Shown here: positions 13,094 through 21,833 of the stretch, piece by piece
Position numbering within the stretch: the first letter of the stretch is position 1
How the letters are laid out: every line of letters starts with the position of its first letter
Origin: a virus
Taxonomy: Duplodnaviria; Heunggongvirae; Uroviricota; Caudoviricetes
Length of the DNA stretch: 24,455 nucleotides
Direction: 5' to 3' (one strand)
Virus record (IMG/VR): IMGVR_UViG_2778261278_000008
Made by a program: the position numbers and the translations under genes
Notes under the pieces: model-generated
The model's input: only the letters and a program-made list of their open reading frames with translations
What the model was told of the DNA's origin: nothing
Database searches by the model: none

Positions 13094-14844
13094 CAGAACT
13101 CCATAACCGTGAAACGCTCGTTTTCTCCTTCGCCGCCAATCGGTTCGTTAATGACAGCAAGCATGGTCGCCCACGCAAGGTCGCCGTGGCTGATCCCCCT
13201 CGCGCGGTCCGTTTCGTAAGTGATAAAGCCGCCCGGTGTTTTCACCTTACGCACGGCGTTAAAGGCCGCGACCAGTTCGCGTTCGGCGCGATCGTATTCC
13301 CACCGCCCGGCACGCATTATTTGCAGCATTTTCAGTACCAGCGACCGTTTTGATGACAGCGTGAAGGTGTACGGAATAGCAGCAGGGAAAAACCGTTTCA
13401 CTATCTGATAAACAGCCTCCCCGTTCCCGCCCGTCACATCAATGCCGATGTGTTCCACGTTGTAGCGACACGTGAACTCTTCAATGACTCTGGCCTGTTC
13501 TTCAAACTCCAGCCCCTGAACGCGTCGCGTCTCCACCGTTCGAAAACGGCCACCAGGAACAGCCGGAGGAACCACCACGGACACAGCGCCGCTGTCGCCG
13601 TTGCCACTGCTGCCGTTTGCGTCATACCCAATCCATACCGGACGATTCCCCATCGGGCGGGGAGCAAAAGGTTTCCAGTCTTTCCAGTCGTCGTATCCGT
13701 CAACACCGCAGCCAATCAGGATATTCAGGTTAAATGCCGATTCCCCTTCGCGGACAAACTCACACATATAGAGATTGAGGAACTCGTCTTCGGTGTTTTC
13801 ATCACGAATTTCGTCGATATCGGTGTGTTTCCAGCCGTGTTTAACCACATCTTCCAGCGTGACAATTTGCCGCCACGTCCGGTCAGGGCAGATAAGCCCG
13901 TTATGCAGCGTTTTCCAGTCCACAGAAAAACGCTGGCGTTTATGCGAGGCCTTTTTCTCGTTCCAGCGGTCGCCGTTCCAGTAGGCGTATGCCTCGTGCG
14001 TTTCGGTGGATGGCGTGGAGAAGTAGGTGCGCCGCAGTCCGCTGAGGGTTGCCATAGCGCCAGCCACCTTGCGCAGTTCAGCAAAGCGACTGACCCAGAA
14101 AAATTCATCAAAATAAAAATTGCCCGTATAGGACTGTGCCGACGCAGCAGAAGTGCCGAGAAAATGCAGCTCTGCGCCGTTGGAGAGGATGATTTTATCG
14201 CCCCCTTTCAGCTCCACATCAACTTCAGCCGCGGCCTTCTGAATAATGCTTTTAAACTGGAACGCCTGACGACGCGACGCAGACAAAAAAATCTGGTTAC
14301 GCTGGTAAGGTTGCGCCACATCGTCACGCAGCGCCATCAGCAGCGCTTCCTGTGCAAAATACCAGGTCGCCCCAATCTGTCGGGATTTCAGGATCATCCT
14401 GTTACGTATCCCGGCTTCCCTGCAAAGGGTCAGGGAGTCAAACCAGCCCCGCTGATGCCACTCCAGCCTGCTGATGATTTTTTCCCGCAGTGCGGCAATC
14501 TGTTCCGGCGTGAAATGATTTTTGAGTTTTTTCGCCCGGCCTTTCTTTCCTGTGACCGTCGCATCCGGCTGGCCATCATGCAGTTTTTTAAGCTGCCGGG
14601 TCAGCAGGTCTATTTCCTTAAAGTCACCACCTGTTTTATTCTGTTTTTCAGTAAGCTGGATGAGGCGCGCATCGATGGACTGCGTGACACGCTGCACGGG
14701 TGGCGTTTCATCCCACTGGTCACGTTTTTTCCACGCATAAATCGTGTTCGGGTTTATTCCCATCAGACGTGATATTTCTGCGGGCGGATAACCCTGCCAG
14801 TAAAGTTGCCGCGCACGCTGGCGCACAAAAGCGTCCTGAATCAT
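13093..14844 (-). CDS. P: Terminase large (ATPase) subunit (P2 gpP family)
   Basis: 583-aa ORF; N-terminal RQRARQLYWQGYPPAEISRLMGINPNTIYAW resembles P2 P. Divergent from O as in P2. Confidence 0.9.
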   Translation of the reverse strand: MIQDAFVRQRARQLYWQGYPPAEISRLMGINPNTIYAWKKRDQWDETPPVQRVTQSIDARLIQLTEKQNKTGGDFKEIDLLTRQLKKLHDGQPDATVTGKKGRAKKLKNHFTPEQIAALREKIISRLEWHQRGWFDSLTLCREAGIRNRMILKSRQIGATWYFAQEALLMALRDDVAQPYQRNQIFLSASRRQAFQFKSIIQKAAAEVDVELKGGDKIILSNGAELHFLGTSAASAQSYTGNFYFDEFFWVSRFAELRKVAGAMATLSGLRRTYFSTPSTETHEAYAYWNGDRWNEKKASHKRQRFSVDWKTLHNGLICPDRTWRQIVTLEDVVKHGWKHTDIDEIRDENTEDEFLNLYMCEFVREGESAFNLNILIGCGVDGYDDWKDWKPFAPRPMGNRPVWIGYDANGSSGNGDSGAVSVVVPPAVPGGRFRTVETRRVQGLEFEEQARVIEEFTCRYNVEHIGIDVTGGNGEAVYQIVKRFFPAAIPYTFTLSSKRSLVLKMLQIMRAGRWEYDRAERELVAAFNAVRKVKTPGGFITYETDRARGISHGDLAWATMLAVINEPIGGEGENERFTVMEF

Positions 14845-14998
14845 TGCTCCCCCTGAGTAATTACAGGAAGATTACCCGCGCGCGAAACTGTTCTCCTTAA
14901 CCCCCTGTTCTGACCGTTTTCTTACAACAAAAGCCCTTTGTATCAGCCTGTTACGCTTTGCCATCATGACTGAAGAACCAGTCAGAGGGGCAAAAACT
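14845..14998. promoter_or_regulatory. Divergent late-promoter region between P (minus) and O (plus)
   Basis: 154-bp intergenic region between divergent late operons, the position of the P and O late promoters in P2. An exact TGT-N12-ACA activator site was not found by eye. Confidence 0.45.
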
Positions 14999-15835
14999 AT
15001 GGCTAATGAAAAAAAGACATCCCGCAAAAAGTTTCGCGTGGCTGTCTCCGGATCAACTGTTGATGGCCGTGAAATCAGTCCGGTGCATCTGCGTGAAGCC
15101 GCCGAGAACTTCAACCCGGATGTTTACGCTGCCCGCGTGAACGTTGAGCACTATCTCTCGCCATGCCCGTCAAGCGAATTTTCCGCAATGGGCGATGTCA
15201 CCGCACTGAGTACGGAAGACATTACGGAAGGTCCGCTGGCCGGACGTACTGCGCTGTATGCAGAAATCGAACCGACCGAGCGCATGAAGCAGCTTGTCGC
15301 GGACGGCAAGAAAATCTATTCCAGTATCGAACTGCACCCGCAGTTCTCCGTTAACGGGCGCGCCTATCTGGTCGGGCTGGCGATGACCGACACCCCGGCA
15401 AGCCTGGGCACTGAGCGCCTGAAATTCACGGCACAGCAACGTCAGGCGGTGATGACGTTCAACAGTATCCAGGGTGAAGCGCCGCTTATCTCCGAAGCCA
15501 TCGAGTCTGAAATCATCGAAATGGCAGAACAACGCCAGGAAGAAGGCACCCAGTGGTTTAACCGCGTAATGGGGATTATTGGCCGTGGCCGCAAAGCGGA
15601 TGACGCCAGTTTTTCCCGTATTCAGGAAGCGGTGGAAGGCGTCGCAACGTCACAGGCCGACATTATCGACCGTTTTAATGTGCTGGAAACCCGCCATCAG
15701 CAGGACAGCCAGAAAATTACGTCACTGACCACAGAGCTGGCAGCACTGAAGGAAAAACTGCGCACGCAGGACGGCGATCCGCAGAACCGGTTCACCGCAA
15801 CGGGTGCAGCCTCCGACCAGCTGGCTGACTTCTGA
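14999..15835 (+). CDS. O: Capsid scaffolding protein (P2 gpO family)
   Basis: Start chosen at MANEKKTSRKKFRVAVSGSTVDGREIS (GAGGGG RBS 8 nt upstream), which aligns with the P2 O N-terminus MAKKVSKFFRIGVEGDTCDGRVIS. The ORF-track start at 14966 is an upstream in-frame ATG. Confidence 0.85.
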   Translation: MANEKKTSRKKFRVAVSGSTVDGREISPVHLREAAENFNPDVYAARVNVEHYLSPCPSSEFSAMGDVTALSTEDITEGPLAGRTALYAEIEPTERMKQLVADGKKIYSSIELHPQFSVNGRAYLVGLAMTDTPASLGTERLKFTAQQRQAVMTFNSIQGEAPLISEAIESEIIEMAEQRQEEGTQWFNRVMGIIGRGRKADDASFSRIQEAVEGVATSQADIIDRFNVLETRHQQDSQKITSLTTELAALKEKLRTQDGDPQNRFTATGAASDQLADF

Positions 15836-15858
15836 TAAGACAAAGGAGCAAATTTTTT

Positions 15859-16911
15859 ATGAATCTGGTGATGTCAGATATTACCCGCAACAAGCTGGGT
15901 TGCTATATGGCGCAGCAGGCGTCGCTTAATAATATTCCGGTTTCCGCACTGGTATCGCGATTTACCGTGGAACCCTCGGTGCAGCAGCGTTTTGAAAACG
16001 CCTCAAAGGAAAGCACCGAATTTACGAAAAGAATTAACGTGATCGGCGTGACCGACCAGAAAGGCGAAAAAATCCTCCTGGACACCACCGGGCCAATTGC
16101 ACGCACGAATACCAGTTATGACGGCACAAAACGCCGTAACCCGAATAACGTGGTTGATCTGAAAAACCGCAAATACCAGTGCGAACAGGTGAACTACGAC
16201 ACGTTTATTTCATATCCGCAGCTTGATGCCTGGGCGGCACATCCTGATTTTCAGTCCCGCATCAGCGCACAGATTGCCCGACAGGTGGCGCTTGACCGCA
16301 TCATGATCGGTTTCAACGGCACGTCTCACGCGGATGAGTCCAACTTCAGCACCAACAAGCTGCTTCAGGACGTTAACGTGGGATGGCTGGAGCACATCAG
16401 AACCGACGCCAGCGAACGCGTTATGAATGACGTGACGCTGACCTCCCGCAACATGGACAACACCGTGGCGCACGCGGGTAAGTATGCGAACGCTGATGCA
16501 CTGGTACAGGACGCGCGTTCATCCCTGCTGGATGAATGGCACAAGGAAGCTGACGACCTTGTGGTGATTATGGGGCGCAACCTGTTTAACTCGCTGCGTC
16601 TGCCCGTGCTGAACAGCATCAGCGGCCAGAATCCCAATGCGGAATTACTCGCCGGGCAGCTCATTCTGTCATCGCGCACCATTGGCGGGCTGGGCGTGTT
16701 CCTTGCGCCATTCTTCCCGGATGCAACGATGCTGATCACCTCGTTCAACAACCTGTCGATTTACTGGCAGAAAGGTTCAATGCGTCGTCTGATGAAAGAC
16801 GAACCGGAATACAACCGCATCGCCACCTACCAGTCCATCAATGACGCTTATGTCGTTGAAGACTATGGCAAGTGCGCGATGGTCACTGGCCTGAAGTTCG
16901 CCGACAGCTAA
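15859..16911 (+). CDS. N: Major capsid protein (P2 gpN family)
   Basis: 350-aa ORF; FTVEPSVQQ, GFNGTSHADES, LQDVNVGWLEHIR and ATMLITSFNNLSIYW align with P2 N as recalled. AAGGAG RBS. Confidence 0.9.
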   Translation: MNLVMSDITRNKLGCYMAQQASLNNIPVSALVSRFTVEPSVQQRFENASKESTEFTKRINVIGVTDQKGEKILLDTTGPIARTNTSYDGTKRRNPNNVVDLKNRKYQCEQVNYDTFISYPQLDAWAAHPDFQSRISAQIARQVALDRIMIGFNGTSHADESNFSTNKLLQDVNVGWLEHIRTDASERVMNDVTLTSRNMDNTVAHAGKYANADALVQDARSSLLDEWHKEADDLVVIMGRNLFNSLRLPVLNSISGQNPNAELLAGQLILSSRTIGGLGVFLAPFFPDATMLITSFNNLSIYWQKGSMRRLMKDEPEYNRIATYQSINDAYVVEDYGKCAMVTGLKFADS

Positions 16912-16956
16912 TCAACTCACGGCGGGCATCATGCCCGCCTGTAACGGAGAGAAAAA

Positions 16957-17757
16957 ATGATTACTCCTGCACAGCAACACTGGCAGAACGTGATGGCACA
17001 GCGCGCAGGCCGGGCGAATGAAGGCGTGGACCACGCCGCGCGTACCGCGCATGAAGAGGTGCTGTATCGTCTGCGTCTGGCACAGGCCCGGCTTAAGGGC
17101 GTACAGGCCAGAAGCGCGAAAGCCGCCATCAAAAAAGAGTTGTTGCCGGACTTTTCCGGCTGGATTGAGGGAACGCTGGAGGCTGACGGCGGGCAGCAGG
17201 ATGAAGTGATTGCCACGCTGATGGTGTGGGCAATTGACTGCGGCGATCTTCCGCTGGCGCTGCGTATTGGTACGTATGTGGTCCGTCACAACCTCATCAT
17301 GCCGGATAACTTTGGACGTACTGCCGCCACGGTACTGACCGAAGAAATCTGTAATCCGGTACTGACGCAGGCCGGGACGGATGCCGACGCGGATTTGTCC
17401 GCCTTTATCGAACCACTGGACACCCTCCGGGAGATTGTCACCGACCAGGACATGCCGGACGAAGTGCGCGCCAAATTATGCAAGGCGTGCGCCTTTGCCC
17501 GTCGTGGCCTGACCGATGCGGACAGCATGGCCTCATCACTGAAGCTGCTGCGCGAAGCGATGCACCTGAACCCGAACGCAGGTGTGAAACGCGAGATTGC
17601 AACCCTTTCCCGCGCCCTGAAAAAAGCCGATTCCGCAGCCGCACCAGAAGATGCCAGCACACCGCAGGCGCAGAACGAAAGCAGCAAAAGTAAAAAGACA
17701 ACGCGGAAGCCTGCAACACGAAAAACCACCGCGACGCAGAAGGCGAAGCGCGGTTAA
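16957..17757 (+). CDS. M: Terminase small/endonuclease subunit (P2 gpM family)
   Basis: 266-aa ORF; MPDEVRAKL and NPNAGVKREI match P2 M motifs; basic C-terminal tail. GGAGAG RBS. Confidence 0.85.
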   Translation: MITPAQQHWQNVMAQRAGRANEGVDHAARTAHEEVLYRLRLAQARLKGVQARSAKAAIKKELLPDFSGWIEGTLEADGGQQDEVIATLMVWAIDCGDLPLALRIGTYVVRHNLIMPDNFGRTAATVLTEEICNPVLTQAGTDADADLSAFIEPLDTLREIVTDQDMPDEVRAKLCKACAFARRGLTDADSMASSLKLLREAMHLNPNAGVKREIATLSRALKKADSAAAPEDASTPQAQNESSKSKKTTRKPATRKTTATQKAKRG

Positions 17758-17858
17758 CGACTGACCCCGTCAGCGGGCGGCGTGCGCGGTGTTCCGGTTT
17801 GACTCCGTGACCGTTTACACCGCGCACCCACCGCCCGATTTTTTCAGGAGTGAACCCC

Positions 17859-18353
17859 ATGAGTATGGTTGCCAGAACCAACCCCGGCCCCGCAGAGGAC
17901 GACATCACCGATACCGATGATGGTGATACCCGTATTTCAGCGGGCGCATTCTGGCCGGATATTGTGCTGCGTGAGCTGCGTCTGGCGATACGACTGCCGG
18001 GCCGTGTGACCACCTCCCGCCTGCTGCATACCGCCACCGGGGCCGTGGCACACGTTACCCGCGAGCTGGAAGCGTGGCAGCAGGAACAGCAGGCGGCTGG
18101 CCATCAGACGCTGGCCGATGTTCCGGCACCCGTAATTAACGGAGAAAGCGTCAATCTCTGGCACTGGCGCAATGCCGTTTATACCGCCACACGCGCCCTG
18201 ATTCTGGAGCGTTACCGCGATGCGGACACAACGGATAAGGGCGACCGCCGGGCGGACGCACTGGATATACAGACATCGGATTTGTGGCGCGATGTGAGCT
18301 GGGCCATCTCTGACATTCTGCGCCGCCCGCGAATTTTTGCGGAGCTGTGCTGA
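17859..18353 (+). CDS. L: Head completion/stabilisation protein (P2 gpL family)
   Basis: Start at ATG 17859 (AGGAG 8 nt upstream); the track start at 17850 is a GTG. LADVPAP..GESV...ERYRD...KGDRRADALD..LWRD resembles P2 L. Confidence 0.85.
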   Translation: MSMVARTNPGPAEDDITDTDDGDTRISAGAFWPDIVLRELRLAIRLPGRVTTSRLLHTATGAVAHVTRELEAWQQEQQAAGHQTLADVPAPVINGESVNLWHWRNAVYTATRALILERYRDADTTDKGDRRADALDIQTSDLWRDVSWAISDILRRPRIFAELC

Positions 18354-18553
18354 TGAAAGTGAAGGCACTGGAAGGCGACACCGTGGATTCGCTCTGTTTC
18401 CGGTACTACGGCACGACGCAGGGCGTCACCGAAAAGGTGCTGGATGCCAACCCCGGACTCTGTCAGCAGGTATTTCTGGACGCCGGGCAGGACGTGGAGA
18501 TGCCGGAGCCGGAGAAGAAGAAACGAGAAATGATTCAGTTGTGGGGGGAGTAG
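18353..18553 (+). CDS. X: Tail protein X (P2 gpX family)
   Basis: 66-aa ORF starting at ATG 18353, overlapping the L stop. MKVKALEGDTVDSLCFRYYGTTQGVTEKVLDANPGL matches P2 X (MKTFALQGDTLDAICVRYYGRTEGVVETVLAANPGL) as recalled. Confidence 0.8.
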   Translation: MKVKALEGDTVDSLCFRYYGTTQGVTEKVLDANPGLCQQVFLDAGQDVEMPEPEKKKREMIQLWGE

Positions 18554-18555
18554 CA

Positions 18556-18879
18556 GTGAGCACCATTCAAACAGGGATCACAGAGCAGGTTATTGCGTGG
18601 CTCTTTGACCACCTGCCAACGGTGTATGCAGTAGGCGCGGCAGTCAGCATTTCCGCGCTGATGAGTCTTTATGACGGACGAACACTGGTTCAGACCGTAA
18701 CGGGATCGCTGGCGTGCGGCGTTCTTGCCATGGCCGTGGCCGGGTCGTTGCGCTTCTTCGGGTTTCCTGAAGATGCCGTGACGTTTATCGGCGCATCAAT
18801 CGGTTTTATGGGCGCAGAGAAAGCACGCGACAAGGTTATTGCGGCCTTTAATCGCAGGGTGAAGGAGAAGGACGAATGA
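18556..18879 (+). CDS. Putative holin (three predicted TM segments)
   Basis: 107-aa ORF from GTG 18556 (GGGGAG RBS) to a stop overlapping the endolysin start. Three hydrophobic helices and charged C-terminus; first gene of the lysis cassette. Start codon uncertain. Confidence 0.6.
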   Translation: MSTIQTGITEQVIAWLFDHLPTVYAVGAAVSISALMSLYDGRTLVQTVTGSLACGVLAMAVAGSLRFFGFPEDAVTFIGASIGFMGAEKARDKVIAAFNRRVKEKDE

Positions 18880-19268
18880 GCAACACATTTAAATTCAGCA
18901 GCCGGAGCGAAAAGAATTTGCAGGGCGTAAATCCTGATCTGGTGAAAGTGACCCGACGGGCACTGGAAATTTCGGAAGTGGATTTTGGTATCACAGAAGG
19001 GTTGCGCAGCCGTTACCGCCAGAAGCAACTTGTGGCCACAGGTAAGAGCCAGACCATGAACAGCCGCCACCTTACGGGGCATGCCGTGGATGTTGTGGCT
19101 TATATCGGCAGCCAGGTGTCATGGGAATGGCCGCTGTACGAAAAAATCGCAGCAGCATTCAGACAGGCCAGCCGGGAACTGAATATTCCGGTGGAATGGG
19201 GCGGCGACTGGAAGACCCTGAAAGACGGACCGCATTTTCAGTTACCACACGGAGCCTATCCGGCATGA
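18876..19268 (+). CDS. Endolysin, peptidase M15 (VanY-like zinc peptidase) family
   Basis: 130-aa ORF with zinc-binding signature SRHLTGHAVD (SxHxxGxAxD) and downstream DGPHFQL. ATGA overlap with the holin stop; GAAGGAG RBS. Confidence 0.8.
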   Translation: MSNTFKFSSRSEKNLQGVNPDLVKVTRRALEISEVDFGITEGLRSRYRQKQLVATGKSQTMNSRHLTGHAVDVVAYIGSQVSWEWPLYEKIAAAFRQASRELNIPVEWGGDWKTLKDGPHFQLPHGAYPA

Positions 19269-19672
19269 AGCTCTGGCCCACGCTGGGCGTCGCTTTCCTT
19301 CTGATTGCTGGATGGGGAACATCCATGCGTCTGTCGTGGTCGCTGGGCCGGGAGAACGCCAGAAACGAAGCGCAGGCCAGCACCCTGAAAAGTACCGCCG
19401 ACACCCTGAATATTATCAGCGCCGGGGTACAGGATATGCAGCAGGTGCTGGCGCAACTCCGCGTGGAAAATCAGCAACGCAATCAGGACGGAGAGGTAAG
19501 ACGTGAACAGCTACGCAACGATATTGCAAAAGATGAATGCGCCCACGCTTTGCCTGACGCTCGTTTTACTGACAGGCTGCGCAGGCACGCAGAACGCGCC
19601 ACGGCCAGCGCCGTCAGTCCGGCTTATACCGCAGACGCTGACCATACCGGTAACGCCTCCCCCCTTCCCTGA
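19265..19672 (+). CDS. lysB: i-spanin (Rz/LysB-like)
   Basis: 135-aa ORF with N-terminal TM helix (LWPTLGVAFLLIAGWG) then a charged, coiled-coil-like periplasmic part. ATGA overlap with the endolysin stop. Confidence 0.6.
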   Translation: MKLWPTLGVAFLLIAGWGTSMRLSWSLGRENARNEAQASTLKSTADTLNIISAGVQDMQQVLAQLRVENQQRNQDGEVRREQLRNDIAKDECAHALPDARFTDRLRRHAERATASAVSPAYTADADHTGNASPLP

Positions 19673-19823
19673 TACTCCCACATGGGGAAATCTCGGTATA
19701 TGGGGCGACCGCCTTCTGGATGCACTGGAAACCTGTAACGCGGATAAACGGGCCATTGAATTACTGGAACAGCGCAGGCTGCAACGACTGAACAACGAGG
19801 ATAACAACCATGCTGAAAACTGA
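19533..19823 (+). CDS. lysC: o-spanin lipoprotein (Rz1/LysC-like), start nested in lysB in another frame
   Basis: Lipobox LLTGC after a short signal peptide (MNAPTLCLTLVLLTGC); proline-rich mature region. An alternative GTG start at 19503 has a GGAGAGG RBS. Confidence 0.5.
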   Translation: MNAPTLCLTLVLLTGCAGTQNAPRPAPSVRLIPQTLTIPVTPPPFPDTPTWGNLGIWGDRLLDALETCNADKRAIELLEQRRLQRLNNEDNNHAEN

Positions 19824-20277
19824 TTCCCTGCGTGAAGCCATGACCCGTTCATGCCGATGGTGTCAGGCCAACCCGGAAAAATTCACCATTTTCGTGGAGA
19901 GCGGCAACATTGAAACGACCGGAGAAACCCCATCGTTTGTTTACCGCTATCAGATGGTGATGTTTGTCATGGATTACGCCGGGGAGCTGGACGACCTCAC
20001 GCTGCCGCTGCTGGCGTGGTTATCCGAAAATCAGCCACAGTTGTTGCTCAACCCTGAGCGTAATCAGGACATCAAATTCTCCGCCGTTATCAATGACGAT
20101 GACAGCGCCGATCTCCTGTTTACGCTCCCCCTGCGGGAACGCGTTCGCATCACGCGCAGCAGTCAGGGGACACCGCAGGCAGAACACCTGCCGGAGCCAA
20201 AACCCCGCCTGCCATCTTCCGAAGGCGACTGGTCGCATGTATTCCAGGATGTGACGTGGGGTGAAAGCGATGGATAA
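19810..20277 (+). CDS. R: Tail completion protein R (P2 gpR family)
   Basis: 155-aa ORF; MLKTDSLR...NPEKFTIFVESGNI...LPLLAWLSENQP parallels P2 R (MLKPDSLR...LAWLRENQP) as recalled. Confidence 0.8.
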   Translation: MLKTDSLREAMTRSCRWCQANPEKFTIFVESGNIETTGETPSFVYRYQMVMFVMDYAGELDDLTLPLLAWLSENQPQLLLNPERNQDIKFSAVINDDDSADLLFTLPLRERVRITRSSQGTPQAEHLPEPKPRLPSSEGDWSHVFQDVTWGESDG

Positions 20278-20905
20278 GGCATTCACCCGCGTGGATGAAA
20301 CCTTTGAGGCCATCCGCGACAGCCTGAATCAGCAGGCCATCAATAACATCGCCAGAAAGCTGGCACAGGATTTACGCCGCGCCCAGCAGGCGCGTATCCG
20401 GTCACAGAAAGCGCCGGACGGGACCGCGTGGACACCACGCAGACGCCGCGTAACCCGGATACAGGAACGCATTCGCTTTATCTGGAATAACGAAGCACGC
20501 ACGCTGAAAAACTGGCATCACGACACGGGGAAATACGGGCGAACCATTACCGGGTGGGATGAGGATAAAAACAATATCCGCACGTTTTACCGGGATGACA
20601 TCGACCGTTTTCTGGAAATACGCACCCGGCGCATCAACCAGGACAGCACAAAGCGCGCCCCAATGTTCGTAAAACTGCGCACCGCCCGCTACCTGAAAGC
20701 CCGTGCAGATGCTTCCGGTGTGACGGTGGGTTACAGCGGCGTGGCCGCACGTATTGCCCGCGTTCATCAGTTCGGTGAGCGCGATCAGGTTGCGCCGGGC
20801 ATTTTCACCGATTACCCGGTACGTGAGCTGCTGGGTATCAGCCAGGCAGATGAGCGCCTGATTTATAACACGGTGCTGGGCCGGATTGCGGAGGCTGTAC
20901 GGTGA
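20270..20905 (+). CDS. S: Tail completion/virion morphogenesis protein (P2 gpS-like)
   Basis: Start at ATG 20270 (track start is GTG 20261). Position between R and V and an ARIARVHQFGERD...YPVRELLG motif suggest gpS family. Longer than P2 S as recalled, so moderate confidence. Confidence 0.65.
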   Translation: MDKAFTRVDETFEAIRDSLNQQAINNIARKLAQDLRRAQQARIRSQKAPDGTAWTPRRRRVTRIQERIRFIWNNEARTLKNWHHDTGKYGRTITGWDEDKNNIRTFYRDDIDRFLEIRTRRINQDSTKRAPMFVKLRTARYLKARADASGVTVGYSGVAARIARVHQFGERDQVAPGIFTDYPVRELLGISQADERLIYNTVLGRIAEAVR

Positions 20906-21483
20906 GCGCAGAACTCATGCGACTGCTGAGCAATATCATCCGCACCGGGATCATCTCTGAAGTTGATGAGAAGTCCTGGCGCGTGCGCGTTCGCAGCGGC
21001 GAACTGGAAACAGGCTGGTTGCGCTGGAACACCACGCGCGCGGGAGCCTTCAATGTGTGGCTGCCGCCATCACCAGGCGAACAGGTGGTAATTGCCTGCA
21101 TTGGCGGCAACCCGGAAACCGCCATGATAATTGGCAGCCTGTGGAGTGATGCCAGTCCGGCCCCCGGCAAAAGCCTGAAAGAAATCGTGGTCAGCGCGCC
21201 GGATGGCGCGGTGTTCCGCTACGACGCAGACGCTGGCGCACTGAGCGCCAGCGGCATGAAAACAGCCACCCTGCAGGCATCCGTCAGCGTGACACTGGAT
21301 ACGCCCGTCGTGGAATGCACAAACCTTCTGAGAACAGCGACGCTTGACGTCACAAAAGGGGGAAAGATGAGCGGCAATATCACGCACAGCGGCGGCGATT
21401 TCACCTCAAACGGCATCACAGTGCATACGCATAAACACGGTGGCGTTAAAGGTGGCAGCGATTCGACAGGAGGCCCGCAGTGA
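20902..21483 (+). CDS. V: Baseplate spike/assembly protein V (P2 gpV family)
   Basis: 193-aa ORF; IRTGII, TGWLRW, VTLDTPVVECTN and HTHKHGG match P2 V motifs. GTG start with GGAGG RBS; ATG 20917 is an alternative. Confidence 0.85.
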   Translation: MSAELMRLLSNIIRTGIISEVDEKSWRVRVRSGELETGWLRWNTTRAGAFNVWLPPSPGEQVVIACIGGNPETAMIIGSLWSDASPAPGKSLKEIVVSAPDGAVFRYDADAGALSASGMKTATLQASVSVTLDTPVVECTNLLRTATLDVTKGGKMSGNITHSGGDFTSNGITVHTHKHGGVKGGSDSTGGPQ

Positions 21484-21830
21484 CAACCCGCTACACAGGA
21501 ATGAACCCGGACGGAACGGGAAACCTGAATGATATGGAGCACCTGAAACAGTCAGCCAGGGACATCCTGACCACCCCGCTGGCCAGCCGGGTTATGCGAC
21601 GGGAATATGGCAGCCTTGTGCCTGATTTGATTGACGAACCCATGAATAACACCACGCGTCTGCAATGCATGAGTGCTGCCGTGATTGCGCTGACACGATG
21701 GGAACCCCGCATTGCCCTAGATGCCATCGACGTTGTCTGGAAAGCGGGAGGCCGCGCCGGGGTGACGCTGTCGGGCACTGTCATGCAGACCATGCAGAAT
21801 GTTGAGTTAGCCATCACGCTGAGGGAGTAA
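21480..21830 (+). CDS. W: Baseplate wedge protein W (P2 gpW family)
   Basis: 116-aa ORF from GTG with AGGAGG RBS; MTTRYTGMN...RDILTTPLASRVMRREYGSL matches P2 W (MTARYLGMN...GDILRTPVGSRVMRRDYGSL) as recalled. Confidence 0.85.
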   Translation: MTTRYTGMNPDGTGNLNDMEHLKQSARDILTTPLASRVMRREYGSLVPDLIDEPMNNTTRLQCMSAAVIALTRWEPRIALDAIDVVWKAGGRAGVTLSGTVMQTMQNVELAITLRE

Positions 21831-21833
21831 ATC

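Noticed and set aside
13450-14772. 440-aa plus-strand ORF antisense to the terminase large subunit gene
   Set aside because: It lies entirely within the terminase gene, which has clear homology; the antisense translation has no recognisable motifs.
14845-14998. Ogr/Delta-type late-promoter activator site (TGT-N12-ACA) for the P and O operons
   Set aside because: By eye I found only TGT-N15-ACA (around 14907-14927), not the canonical spacing, so no specific site is claimed.
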